Made by a program: the position numbers and the translations under genes. From a virus, in the UHGV virus genome UHGV-1764535: 15,194 nucleotides of DNA; one strand, written 5' to 3'. Positions 7,461-15,194 of the stretch are shown in pieces; position 1 is the stretch's first letter; each line of letters begins with the position of its first letter. The notes beneath the pieces were generated by a model. That model did no database searches, was not told the DNA's origin, and saw only the letters and a list, made by a program, of their open reading frames with translations.

Positions 7461-8879
7461 ATGCCGATTCAGCAACTTCCGCTTATGAAAGGTGTCGGCA
7501 AAGACTTTCGAAACGCCGACTATATCGACTATCTGCCAGCGAATATGTTGGCTACACCCAAAGAAATCCTGAACAGCAGCGGATATCTTCGCTCATTCCC
7601 GGGCATTGCCAAACGTTCTGATGTGAACGGCGTATCGCGCGGAGTCGAGTACAACATGGCGCAGAATGCTGTATATCGCGTGTGTGGCGGCAAGCTGTAT
7701 AAGGGCGAAAGCGAGGTCGGTGATGTTGCCGGAAGTGGTCGCGTATCAATGGCACACGGTAGGACATCACAGGCAGTAGGCGTTAATGGTAAACTGGTCG
7801 AGTATCGCTATGATGGCACGGTTAAAACAGTCTCAAACTGGCCTGCAGACAGCGGATTCACGCAGTATGAGTTAGGCGCAGTCCGCGACATTACGCGCTT
7901 ACGTGGGCGTTATGCGTGGTCAAAAGACGGAACTGATTCATGGTTTATCACTGACCTTGAAGACGAATCGCATCCTGACCGCTACAGCGCACAATATCGC
8001 GCAGAATCGCAGCCGGACGGCATCATCGGCATCGGAACATGGCGAGACTTCATCGTCTGCTTTGGTTCATCGACGATTGAATATTTTTCCCTGACAGGCG
8101 CAACTACCGTTGGTGCTGCTTTGTATGTCGCGCAGCCATCGCTGATGGTGCAAAAAGGCATCGCCGGAACTTACTGCAAAACGCCGTTTGCTGATTCCTA
8201 TGCTTTCATCAGCAATCCGGCAACAGGTGCGCCGTCTGTGTATATCATCGGCTCTGGTCAGGTATCACCAATCGCCAGCGCGAGCATTGAGAAAATACTA
8301 CGCTCCTACACTGCTGATGAACTGGCTGATGGCGTGATGGAGTCTCTGCGATTTGATGCGCATGAGTTGCTGATTATCCATCTTCCGCGCCACGTACTCG
8401 TGTACGACGCATCTTCAAGCGCCAATGGTCCGCAATGGTGCGTACTGAAAACAGGCCTGTACGACGATGTGTACCGCGCTATCGACTTCATTTACGAAGG
8501 CAATCAGATAACGTGCGGAGATAAGCTGGAATCGGTTATCGGCAAATTGCAGTTCGATATCAGCAGCCAGTATGGGCTACAGCAAGAACACCTGTTGTTT
8601 ACACCACTCTTCAAAGCTGAGAACGCCAGATGTTTTGATCTGGAAGTTGAATCATCGACTGGTGTCGCTCAGTACGCTGACCGCCTTTTTCTCTCTGCAA
8701 CCACTGACGGCATCAATTACGGTCGTGAACAGATGATTGAGCAGAATGAACCGTTCGTTTACGACAAACGCGTTTTGTGGAAGCGAGTAGGGCGCATCAG
8801 GAAAAATGTCGGCTTCAAATTGCGCGTTATCACGAAGTCACCTGTCACTCTGTCTGGTTGCCAGATAAGGATTGAGTAA
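7461..8879 (+). CDS. Tail accessory factor / tail hub (P22 gp10-like), 472 aa
   Basis: Same length as P22 gp10 and near-identical N-terminal stretch to my recollection of it ([45 protein letters not shown]...). GAGGTG RBS. Confidence 0.9.
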   Translation: MPIQQLPLMKGVGKDFRNADYIDYLPANMLATPKEILNSSGYLRSFPGIAKRSDVNGVSRGVEYNMAQNAVYRVCGGKLYKGESEVGDVAGSGRVSMAHGRTSQAVGVNGKLVEYRYDGTVKTVSNWPADSGFTQYELGAVRDITRLRGRYAWSKDGTDSWFITDLEDESHPDRYSAQYRAESQPDGIIGIGTWRDFIVCFGSSTIEYFSLTGATTVGAALYVAQPSLMVQKGIAGTYCKTPFADSYAFISNPATGAPSVYIIGSGQVSPIASASIEKILRSYTADELADGVMESLRFDAHELLIIHLPRHVLVYDASSSANGPQWCVLKTGLYDDVYRAIDFIYEGNQITCGDKLESVIGKLQFDISSQYGLQQEHLLFTPLFKAENARCFDLEVESSTGVAQYADRLFLSATTDGINYGREQMIEQNEPFVYDKRVLWKRVGRIRKNVGFKLRVITKSPVTLSGCQIRIE

Positions 8880-9580
8880 TGGCTGATTCGAATCTCAATG
8901 AGCCGGTAACAATTCAGGCTACACGACTCGATACATCAATCCTTCCACGCAATATATTCAGCCAGTCTTACCTGCTGTATGTCATTAATCAGGGGGCTGA
9001 TGTCGGCGCAATTGCCGGGAAGGCAAATCAGGCTGGTCAGGGCGCTTACGATGCTCAGGTGAAAAACGATGAACAGGATGTCGAACTGGCTGACCACGAT
9101 GCAAGAATCTCCGCAAACACAAAAGCGATAAATCTCCTTGAGGTCAGGTTAACAACTGCCGAAGGGAAGATAGTCGTACTGCGTAGCGATGTTGATTACT
9201 TGCTGGATGAGGTTATCGATATTCAGGCGCATCTGGTCACTGTTGACCAAAGACTGGATGACGTAGAAAACGATGTCTCTGGCATTAAGAGTGATTACGT
9301 ATCGAAAACCGTAACCGAATTGCAGTCTCTTGAGTCACCGCTGGATGTAAAAACATCATATTCAGTTGATGGAATTCAGGTTGTTGGAGCAAGAAATACC
9401 GGATGGACTGCAGCCACAGGTACGCCACTTCTTGGCTCATTCAACGCTAACCAGTCATACACTGTCGGCACTACGTACACACAATCCGAAGTCGCAGCTC
9501 TCGCTACAGGTTTGCAGCAGGCGCGGCAGCGTATTCTGGCGCTTGAAACGGCACTTAGATTACATGGGCTGATTGACTGA
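8879..9580 (+). CDS. Tail needle / plug protein (P22 gp26-like), 233 aa
   Basis: Same length as P22 gp26; conserved N-terminus ([63 protein letters not shown]) and C-terminus ([22 protein letters not shown]); heptad-rich middle consistent with a trimeric coiled coil. TAATG stop/start overlap with the upstream gene. Confidence 0.9.
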   Translation: MADSNLNEPVTIQATRLDTSILPRNIFSQSYLLYVINQGADVGAIAGKANQAGQGAYDAQVKNDEQDVELADHDARISANTKAINLLEVRLTTAEGKIVVLRSDVDYLLDEVIDIQAHLVTVDQRLDDVENDVSGIKSDYVSKTVTELQSLESPLDVKTSYSVDGIQVVGARNTGWTAATGTPLLGSFNANQSYTVGTTYTQSEVAALATGLQQARQRILALETALRLHGLID

Positions 9581-10035
9581 TGATTACATTCAAACCAACG
9601 CGAAACATCGACCTGATCGAAGCAGTCGGAAATCACCCTGACATTATCGCTGGTAGCAACAACGGTGATGGATACGACTACAAACCTGAATGCCGTTACT
9701 TTGAGGTGAACGTGCACGGGCAGTTCGGCGGCATTGTTTACTATCAGGAGATTCAGCCGCTGACATTCGATTGCCACGCCATGTACCTGCCAGAGATTCG
9801 CGGCTTCAGCAAGGAAATCGGGCTGGCGTTCTGGCGATACATTCTGACTAACACCACCGTTCAGTGTGTCACATCGTTCGCCGCACGCAAATTCCGCCAC
9901 GGGCAGATTTACTGCGCAATGATTGGCCTTAAGCGTGTCGGAACCATCAAGAAATACTTTAAAGGCGTGGATGACGTGACTTTTTACAGCGCCACACGCG
10001 AAGAACTAATCGACTTCCTGAATCACGGGAGATAG
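9580..10035 (+). CDS. Protein at the P22 gene 14 position (151 aa); virion-associated or ejection-related protein of unknown function
   Basis: Called from synteny (P22 order 26-14-7-20-16) and translational coupling (TGATG overlap at 9578-9582). I cannot confirm homology to P22 gp14 from memory. Contains 4 Cys and several His. Confidence 0.55.
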   Translation: MITFKPTRNIDLIEAVGNHPDIIAGSNNGDGYDYKPECRYFEVNVHGQFGGIVYYQEIQPLTFDCHAMYLPEIRGFSKEIGLAFWRYILTNTTVQCVTSFAARKFRHGQIYCAMIGLKRVGTIKKYFKGVDDVTFYSATREELIDFLNHGR

Positions 10036-10037
10036 CC

Positions 10038-10730
10038 ATGTTATATGCATTTAAGCTGGGCAGAAAACTGCGCGGCGAGGAACCTTATTGCCCTGAAAAA
10101 GGCGGGAAAGGTGGCAGTTCTGATAAAAGTGCAAAGTATGCCGCAGAAGCTCAGAAGTATGCCGCAGACCTGCAAAATCAACAGTGGCAGACGATCATGA
10201 AAAACCTTGCTCCGTTCACGCCGCTTGCGGAGCAGTATGTTAACCAGCTTCAGAACCTTTCCAGTTTAGAAGGACAGGGTCAGGCACTTAATCAGTATTA
10301 CAACTCTCAGCAGTATAAAGACCTTGCAGGTCAGGCTCGTTACCAGAGTCTTGCTGCTGCGGAGGCGACGGGTGGACTTGGTTCGACAGCCACAAGCAAT
10401 CAACTGGCTACGATCGCGCCGACTCTCGGTCAGTCTTGGTTATCAAACCAGATGAGCAATTACAACAATCTGGCAAACGTTGGTCTTGGTGCTCTGCAAG
10501 GTCAGGCAAACGCCGGGCAGACGTACGCCAACAACATGAGCAGCATTGCACAGCAAAGCGCAGCTCTTGCCGCTGCTAATGCCAATAAACCATCAAGTCT
10601 TCAGACTGCAATTAGCGGTGGCACGTCTGGTGCGATTGCCGGTGCAGGTCTTGCCAGCCTTTTGGGAACATCAACGCCTTGGGGCGCTGGCATTGGTGCT
10701 GGTATCGGATTGCTTGGCTCGTTGTTTTAA
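10038..10730 (+). CDS. Ejection (E) protein 1, P22 gp7-position, 230 aa
   Basis: Position and size match P22 gp7 (about 229 aa). Q/A/N-rich low-complexity protein with a Gly/Ala-rich hydrophobic C-terminus (SGGTSGAIAGAGLASLLGTSTPWGAGIGAGIGLLGSLF). GGGAGA RBS. Confidence 0.7.
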   Translation: MLYAFKLGRKLRGEEPYCPEKGGKGGSSDKSAKYAAEAQKYAADLQNQQWQTIMKNLAPFTPLAEQYVNQLQNLSSLEGQGQALNQYYNSQQYKDLAGQARYQSLAAAEATGGLGSTATSNQLATIAPTLGQSWLSNQMSNYNNLANVGLGALQGQANAGQTYANNMSSIAQQSAALAAANANKPSSLQTAISGGTSGAIAGAGLASLLGTSTPWGAGIGAGIGLLGSLF

Positions 10731-10739
10731 GGGGTAATA

Positions 10740-12071
10740 ATGGCTACTTGGCAAGGATCAAATGGCGGATTGTTGGCTGGTATCGGCGGCGTCAACTCAA
10801 ACGCTCCGAGCGTAAATGACATCGGCAATACGCTTCAGCTTATCAGGCAGAACAATGATATTGAGCGTTCAGGCGCTAACAATGTTGGGCTGACTGCTTT
10901 GCAAGGCCTTTCAGGTATTGCGAGGGTGTTTCAGCAGGAAAAGCAGGCTCAGCGGCAGAAAGAATTTCAGCAGGCGTACGCTAATGCTTATGCGTCTGGT
11001 GATCGCGGTGCTTTGCGTCAGTTGGCCACTCAATATCCAGACCAGATTGAATCCGTTCGTAAAGGGATGGGATTCATTGATGAAGACCAGCGTAATTCTA
11101 TCGGCACCTTAGCGGCTGGCGCACGCCTTGCGTCATCGTCTCCAGAAGCAATGCAATCATGGCTGCAAAACAACGCCGGTGAGTTAGCTCGTGTTGGCGT
11201 TAATCCCCAGGACGTCGCTCAGATGTACCAACAGAACCCGCGGCAGTTCGGCGAATTTGTCGATCACTTGGGGATGAACAGTCTCGGACCCGAAAAATAC
11301 TTTGACCTACAGGATAAAATGCAGGGTCGCCAGGTTACCATGCGCGGTCAGGATCTGGATTCGCAAACCGCCGCTCGGAATCAGGCAATCACAATGCGCG
11401 GGCAAGATATCCAGGCGAATTTAGGTCAGCAGCGCATTAATCTGGACGCAGAAACAAACCGCATTAACAACGAAAATAAGCGCCTTGACCGGATGCTATT
11501 AGCAGAAACTAACGACCTGAAGCGCCAGGAAATACAGAGCCGCATAGCAGCCAACAACCAGAAGTTGCAGCAGAAGCAGCAAGAGCTAAATGATGGCTAC
11601 AAAGACGGCATCAACACCCTCACAACCAGCATGTTCACTCTGAACGATATCGTTAGTTCTCCTTCACTTAAGAGCATTACAGGCTTACGTGGAGTAATCC
11701 CCAACGTTCCAGGCTCACAGGCTGCAGACACTCAGGCACGACTTGATACCTTTAAATCCCAAGCATTCCTGACAGCGGTTCAGGCCATGCGAGGCATGGG
11801 CGCACTTTCTGATGCCGAGGGCAAAAAGCTCGACCAGGCTGTTGGTTCGCTGCAGAACTCGCAGAGCGAGGAGTCCTTTCGTCGCAACGCTGGCGTCATC
11901 CTGAACACGCTCAACCAGAAGCGTAATGAGGCGGTTGGTAAGTACGTTCAGCAAAACGGTATCAAGCGAGTGGAAGCGCCTCAGGCTTCTATAGATTACC
12001 TGAAGCAGCACCCCGAGCTGTCAATCGACTTCATTAATCGCTACGGATATCTTCCATCTTTGGGGCAGTAA
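10740..12071 (+). CDS. Ejection (E) protein 2, P22 gp20-position, 443 aa
   Basis: Syntenic position; size near P22 gp20; long charged helical regions and an internal repeat (VTMRGQDLD / ITMRGQDIQ). AAGGGG RBS. Confidence 0.7.
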   Translation: MATWQGSNGGLLAGIGGVNSNAPSVNDIGNTLQLIRQNNDIERSGANNVGLTALQGLSGIARVFQQEKQAQRQKEFQQAYANAYASGDRGALRQLATQYPDQIESVRKGMGFIDEDQRNSIGTLAAGARLASSSPEAMQSWLQNNAGELARVGVNPQDVAQMYQQNPRQFGEFVDHLGMNSLGPEKYFDLQDKMQGRQVTMRGQDLDSQTAARNQAITMRGQDIQANLGQQRINLDAETNRINNENKRLDRMLLAETNDLKRQEIQSRIAANNQKLQQKQQELNDGYKDGINTLTTSMFTLNDIVSSPSLKSITGLRGVIPNVPGSQAADTQARLDTFKSQAFLTAVQAMRGMGALSDAEGKKLDQAVGSLQNSQSEESFRRNAGVILNTLNQKRNEAVGKYVQQNGIKRVEAPQASIDYLKQHPELSIDFINRYGYLPSLGQ

Positions 12072-14807
12072 ATGGCTAATTACCGTGATTTGTTAGAGCA
12101 GGCTGGCGCACGTTACGGTGTGCCAGAAGGGTTGATGACTGCACTGGGTGCCAAGGAGTCTTCTTACAACCCTGCCGCAGTAAGCTCCGCCGGGGCTGTA
12201 GGATTGACTCAGGTCATGCCTGGGACATGGCGTGATATGGGTTATACCGATGAGCAAATGCAAAACCCCGAATATCAGGCTGACGCTGGCGCGCGCTATC
12301 TGGCAAAGATGTACCAGCAGTTTGGTAACTGGCGTGACGCTCTTCAGGCTTATCACGACGGTCCCGGCAACGTTATGAAGGCAAAGCGTGGTGAATATAC
12401 GCCAGGACCTGAAGGCCGCGGTTACGTTGATGATCGCTTTGCTCAATGGGCGGGTGACCCGGTGACAGACTCAACAGTCGAACAGCGCGCCACCTCTGCA
12501 AAGGTACACCCTCAGCAAGACCCTAACAACCCGTTTGCACAACTGGAAGTACAGTCATCCGAACAAGTATCGGCATCAGGTGTGCAGTCAGACCCAAATA
12601 ATCCATTTGCTCAGATTGAGCAGCAGGCAGCCAGTCAGCAGCCACCTCAACCCGTAAGTTCTGTCGCACCGAAACCTGTTCAGCAACAAACAGTTAATCA
12701 GGCCAATAATGAACCAGCACGTGAAGAACCATCATTGATGCAACAAGCTGGCGATTGGCTCACAGGTGGTCAAAGTGCAGGGCAAATTGCAGAGCAGGCT
12801 GGTCGTGGTCTGGTAAACATACCATTTGACGTATTGCAGGGTGGCGCAAGTCTGATTAATGCAATCAGTCAGGGGCTTGGGGGGCCAAAAGTATTGGATG
12901 ATGTTTATCGTCCAGTAGACAGACCGACAGACCCCTACGCGCAAGCTGGAGAGTCAATAGGCGGTTATCTTGTTCCTGGAGCAGGTGTAGCTGGAAACAT
13001 GGTCATTGGTTCTCTCGCTGACGCGGCGAATCAACGGGGTGATTTTGCCGAAAATGCCGCTATTAATGCCGGACTTAACATTGCTACGCATGGCCTGATA
13101 AATGGCGTTACCCGTGGTGTTCGTGGTGCATCAAATATAATTAGTGGCAATAAAACATCTGCACAGAGAGCGACCACTGCGCCAACAGAAACATCACCAT
13201 TCTCCGGTGATGCCGCTGCAGCAACAAATCCTGCGGTTCATGCCGCAGAGGCAAGAGTAGCACAAGGTGTACCAATGACTCCTGCGACGAGGAACCCAGA
13301 GGAAGTCGTTCGCACAGTAGCAGCACAAAAAAGGCCAAATCTCGCTTCATCGCTTGATGAACTAGATATCAATCCTCAGGCTGAAGTTCTGGAGTCTGCT
13401 GAAAGGCTTAATGTTGATTCATTACTCCCTTCACACTTTTCCGGGAACGAGCAATACAAGGCAGTTGAGCAAGCAATCAAGTCCCGTGCGGGTTCTGCTC
13501 TACAGGTGCAGGAAAATGAAGCAATCAGGCAGCTAGCACAGGGCGCGGGGGAGATAATTGATCGCGTTTCCGGTGCAAAAGATGCTCTTGGTATGAGCGA
13601 CAAGTTTATTGATACGGTCAATGGAAGAATGTCTGCGCTGATGAAACGAAGCGACCAGCTTTATCGCAATGTTGAAAAGGCGATGCCTGCAGGTGCAAAA
13701 ATTGATGCGCCATCAACAAGGTCAATGCTCAAACAGGTGGCAGAAGATCTTGGTGGGATGAAAAACCTTGACCCTATTGAAAAGAGAGTCTTTCGGGCAG
13801 TTAATCCAGGCAAGAACGGCGCATTAACTTATGCAAATCTCAATAAGCAACGACGACTTGTTGGTGATGCACTTCATAAGAATTCTGGACCATATAAAGA
13901 TGCTGATCGCGCTGCTTTATCGAGGCTTTACGGTTCGCTCGCCGATGATCAAAAGGCGGCGCTGTCAGAGACAAATGCATTACGTGATTTTGAAGTTGCT
14001 CAGAGGCTTGTTCAGATGCGAAAAAGCATGGAAGAGCAAATGATTAATCTAACTGGCAGAACGCTGAACGGTGATGTTTCTCGCAAAGCAACTACAGCAC
14101 TACAGGCAATGTCGAAAGGCGATGCCAAAGGATTTCGTGAATTGATGCAAAACACGCCGTCCAGGAAGCTAAGAACCGAGCTACTGGGAACAGGTCTTCG
14201 GGATATGCTTTCGAACGGAAAACGTGGCGCTGATTTTAATCCTGCAGGGTTTGCTGACTGGTATCAAAACATGTTAGCAAACGGGCAGATGCGCAATCTT
14301 GCCCGACATTTACCAAAAGAGACTATGTCAGGTCTGAACGATGTATATAAGGTCGCAAAGGCTATCAAAGACGCAAAATCTTACGAGATAACTACAGGAA
14401 GACTAAACGAGTTCGTCAAACGGTTTAATCGCGTCACTGCGGCAAATGAATTTGTTGCTAACCATGCCCAACGCATTGGCACTGCGGTTGGTTCAACTGT
14501 GTCAGGACCGTTCAGTGCAGTAGGTGCTGTTGCTGGGTCAGAAATTGGGGCAAAAGTCGCCAGCAAAATCAGGGCGATGGGCGGCGCTGCATCAATGGAA
14601 TCTGCAGAAAAGCTAATTAGCTCACCAGAATTCCAGAAAGCAGCAAGGCTGGCAGTAAAACAAGCACCAGAAAGCATCGTTGATACAACTGTAAGACGCT
14701 CTTCTGCTTGGCGCTCGTTTTACAACTCACTTCCAGAATCAGATAAGAAAACCATATCAAGGCTAGGCATCATGTACTGGATGAACAGTGATGATAACCA
14801 GAAGTAA
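12072..14807 (+). CDS. Ejection (E) protein 3 at the P22 gp16 position, 911 aa, with N-terminal SLT-family lytic transglycosylase domain
   Basis: ATG 12072 immediately follows the previous stop. Residues ~15-110 carry the SLT signature ([29 protein letters not shown] ... [30 protein letters not shown]; catalytic Glu in KES, AYxxG-like motif). Followed by a Q/P-rich linker with DPNNPFAQ(L/I)E repeats and a long C-terminal region. Confidence 0.8.
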   Translation: MANYRDLLEQAGARYGVPEGLMTALGAKESSYNPAAVSSAGAVGLTQVMPGTWRDMGYTDEQMQNPEYQADAGARYLAKMYQQFGNWRDALQAYHDGPGNVMKAKRGEYTPGPEGRGYVDDRFAQWAGDPVTDSTVEQRATSAKVHPQQDPNNPFAQLEVQSSEQVSASGVQSDPNNPFAQIEQQAASQQPPQPVSSVAPKPVQQQTVNQANNEPAREEPSLMQQAGDWLTGGQSAGQIAEQAGRGLVNIPFDVLQGGASLINAISQGLGGPKVLDDVYRPVDRPTDPYAQAGESIGGYLVPGAGVAGNMVIGSLADAANQRGDFAENAAINAGLNIATHGLINGVTRGVRGASNIISGNKTSAQRATTAPTETSPFSGDAAAATNPAVHAAEARVAQGVPMTPATRNPEEVVRTVAAQKRPNLASSLDELDINPQAEVLESAERLNVDSLLPSHFSGNEQYKAVEQAIKSRAGSALQVQENEAIRQLAQGAGEIIDRVSGAKDALGMSDKFIDTVNGRMSALMKRSDQLYRNVEKAMPAGAKIDAPSTRSMLKQVAEDLGGMKNLDPIEKRVFRAVNPGKNGALTYANLNKQRRLVGDALHKNSGPYKDADRAALSRLYGSLADDQKAALSETNALRDFEVAQRLVQMRKSMEEQMINLTGRTLNGDVSRKATTALQAMSKGDAKGFRELMQNTPSRKLRTELLGTGLRDMLSNGKRGADFNPAGFADWYQNMLANGQMRNLARHLPKETMSGLNDVYKVAKAIKDAKSYEITTGRLNEFVKRFNRVTAANEFVANHAQRIGTAVGSTVSGPFSAVGAVAGSEIGAKVASKIRAMGGAASMESAEKLISSPEFQKAARLAVKQAPESIVDTTVRRSSAWRSFYNSLPESDKKTISRLGIMYWMNSDDNQK

Positions 14808-14824
14808 CGGAAAGCCACGGATGG

Positions 14825-15088
14825 TTAGTTGCAGTCTTTTTTATATAAATCTCTGAGCGTATCAAAGACAATTTTCTTTACCATATCGGATTGTTGGTCT
14901 GCAATACGCTCTGCATCGTCAATGTAAACGGATGCAGAGCTTTGTTTAGCCAATGATTCTTCAATCGCTGCAATTATCTCTGAGTTCAGCGACCTGTTAT
15001 TCATCTTCGCTCGCTGTTTAATTTTCGCGTGGAGTTCATGCGGAAGTCTCAAGTGAAACTGCGCCTCGTCGTATTTGCTGTACATCAT
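14825..15088 (-). CDS. mnt: Mnt-like ribbon-helix-helix (Arc/MetJ family) repressor, ~87 aa
   Basis: Minus-strand ORF whose product (..YDEAQFHLRLPHELHAKIKQRAKMNNRSLNSEIIAAIEESLAK...YIDDAERIADQQSDMVKKIVFDTLRDLYKKDCN) matches P22 Mnt as I recall it (HFNFRMP..V..KLK.RA..NGRSMNSE...DAERLADEQSELVKKMVFDTLKDLYKK). Start taken at ATG 15086-15088 with GGTGAGG SD-like motif 6 nt upstream, which gives a Mnt-like length; the track's longer ORF starts at a TTG (15145). Confidence 0.8.
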   Translation of the reverse strand: MMYSKYDEAQFHLRLPHELHAKIKQRAKMNNRSLNSEIIAAIEESLAKQSSASVYIDDAERIADQQSDMVKKIVFDTLRDLYKKDCN

Positions 15089-15194
15089 CAATGCCTCACC
15101 AAATGGGTGGAATGGCATCGTAAAACCTACTGTACAAATCAACAATCGTGCCGTTTCTAGACTGGCCCCCTGAATCTCCAGACAACCAATATCA
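15089..15194. promoter_or_regulatory. Putative mnt promoter/operator region (possibly a divergent immI-type control region), truncated by the window end
   Basis: Non-coding sequence upstream of the mnt-like gene. Contains the imperfect palindrome CACCAAATGGGTGG (15097-15110) plus TGTACA and TCTAGA palindromes. No convincing sigma70 -35/-10 pair could be assigned by eye. Confidence 0.3.

Noticed and set aside
9366-9900. 68-aa plus-strand and 174-aa minus-strand ORFs overlapping the tail needle and gene-14-position CDSs
   Set aside because: Overlap well-supported, translationally coupled genes; no independent evidence.
10546-11112. Short alternative-frame ORFs (63 and 64 aa) inside the ejection-protein genes
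   Set aside because: Embedded in other frames of supported CDSs; no RBS or conservation argument.
14808-14845. Possible bidirectional terminator between the convergent ejection-protein and mnt genes
   Set aside because: Only a T-run (14836-14844) without a convincing GC-rich stem; it also lies inside the mnt coding sequence.
15089-15145. Longer N-terminal extension of the Mnt-like ORF starting at TTG 15145 or ATG 15118
   Set aside because: Extension residues (MLICTVGFTMPFHPFGEAL) have no counterpart in Mnt as I recall it; the ATG at 15088 has an SD-like GGTGAGG and gives a Mnt-like length.
1-15194. CRISPR array, tRNA, IS element or integrase/att site
   Set aside because: No direct-repeat/spacer periodicity, no cloverleaf-like segment in the short intergenic regions, and no terminal inverted repeats or transposase-like ORF; every intergenic gap is under 110 bp.

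Overview
This window reads as the late (virion morphogenesis) operon of a P22-like podovirus or prophage of an enterobacterial host (GC near 50%). Thirteen collinear, tightly coupled + strand genes follow the canonical P22/Sf6 order: an 80-aa ORF, small terminase, large terminase, portal, scaffolding protein, coat protein, a small ORF, gp4-like and gp10-like tail adaptor/plug proteins, gp26-like tail needle, a gp14-position protein, and three ejection proteins. The only minus-strand gene is a convergent Mnt-like ribbon-helix-helix repressor at the 3' end, which suggests the window stops at the edge of an immI-like region. All homology calls rest on my recollection of P22/Sf6 protein sequences and conserved motifs, not on a database search. 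I see no CRISPR array, tRNA, IS element or recognisable defence or toxin-antitoxin system, so most of the window is an ordinary phage structural module. The least conventional element is the 911-aa third ejection protein, which carries an N-terminal SLT-type lytic transglycosylase domain and diverged peptide repeats. Other points worth a second look are a pac-like motif in the small terminase gene, a strong intrinsic terminator after the coat gene, and the regulatory region upstream of mnt.
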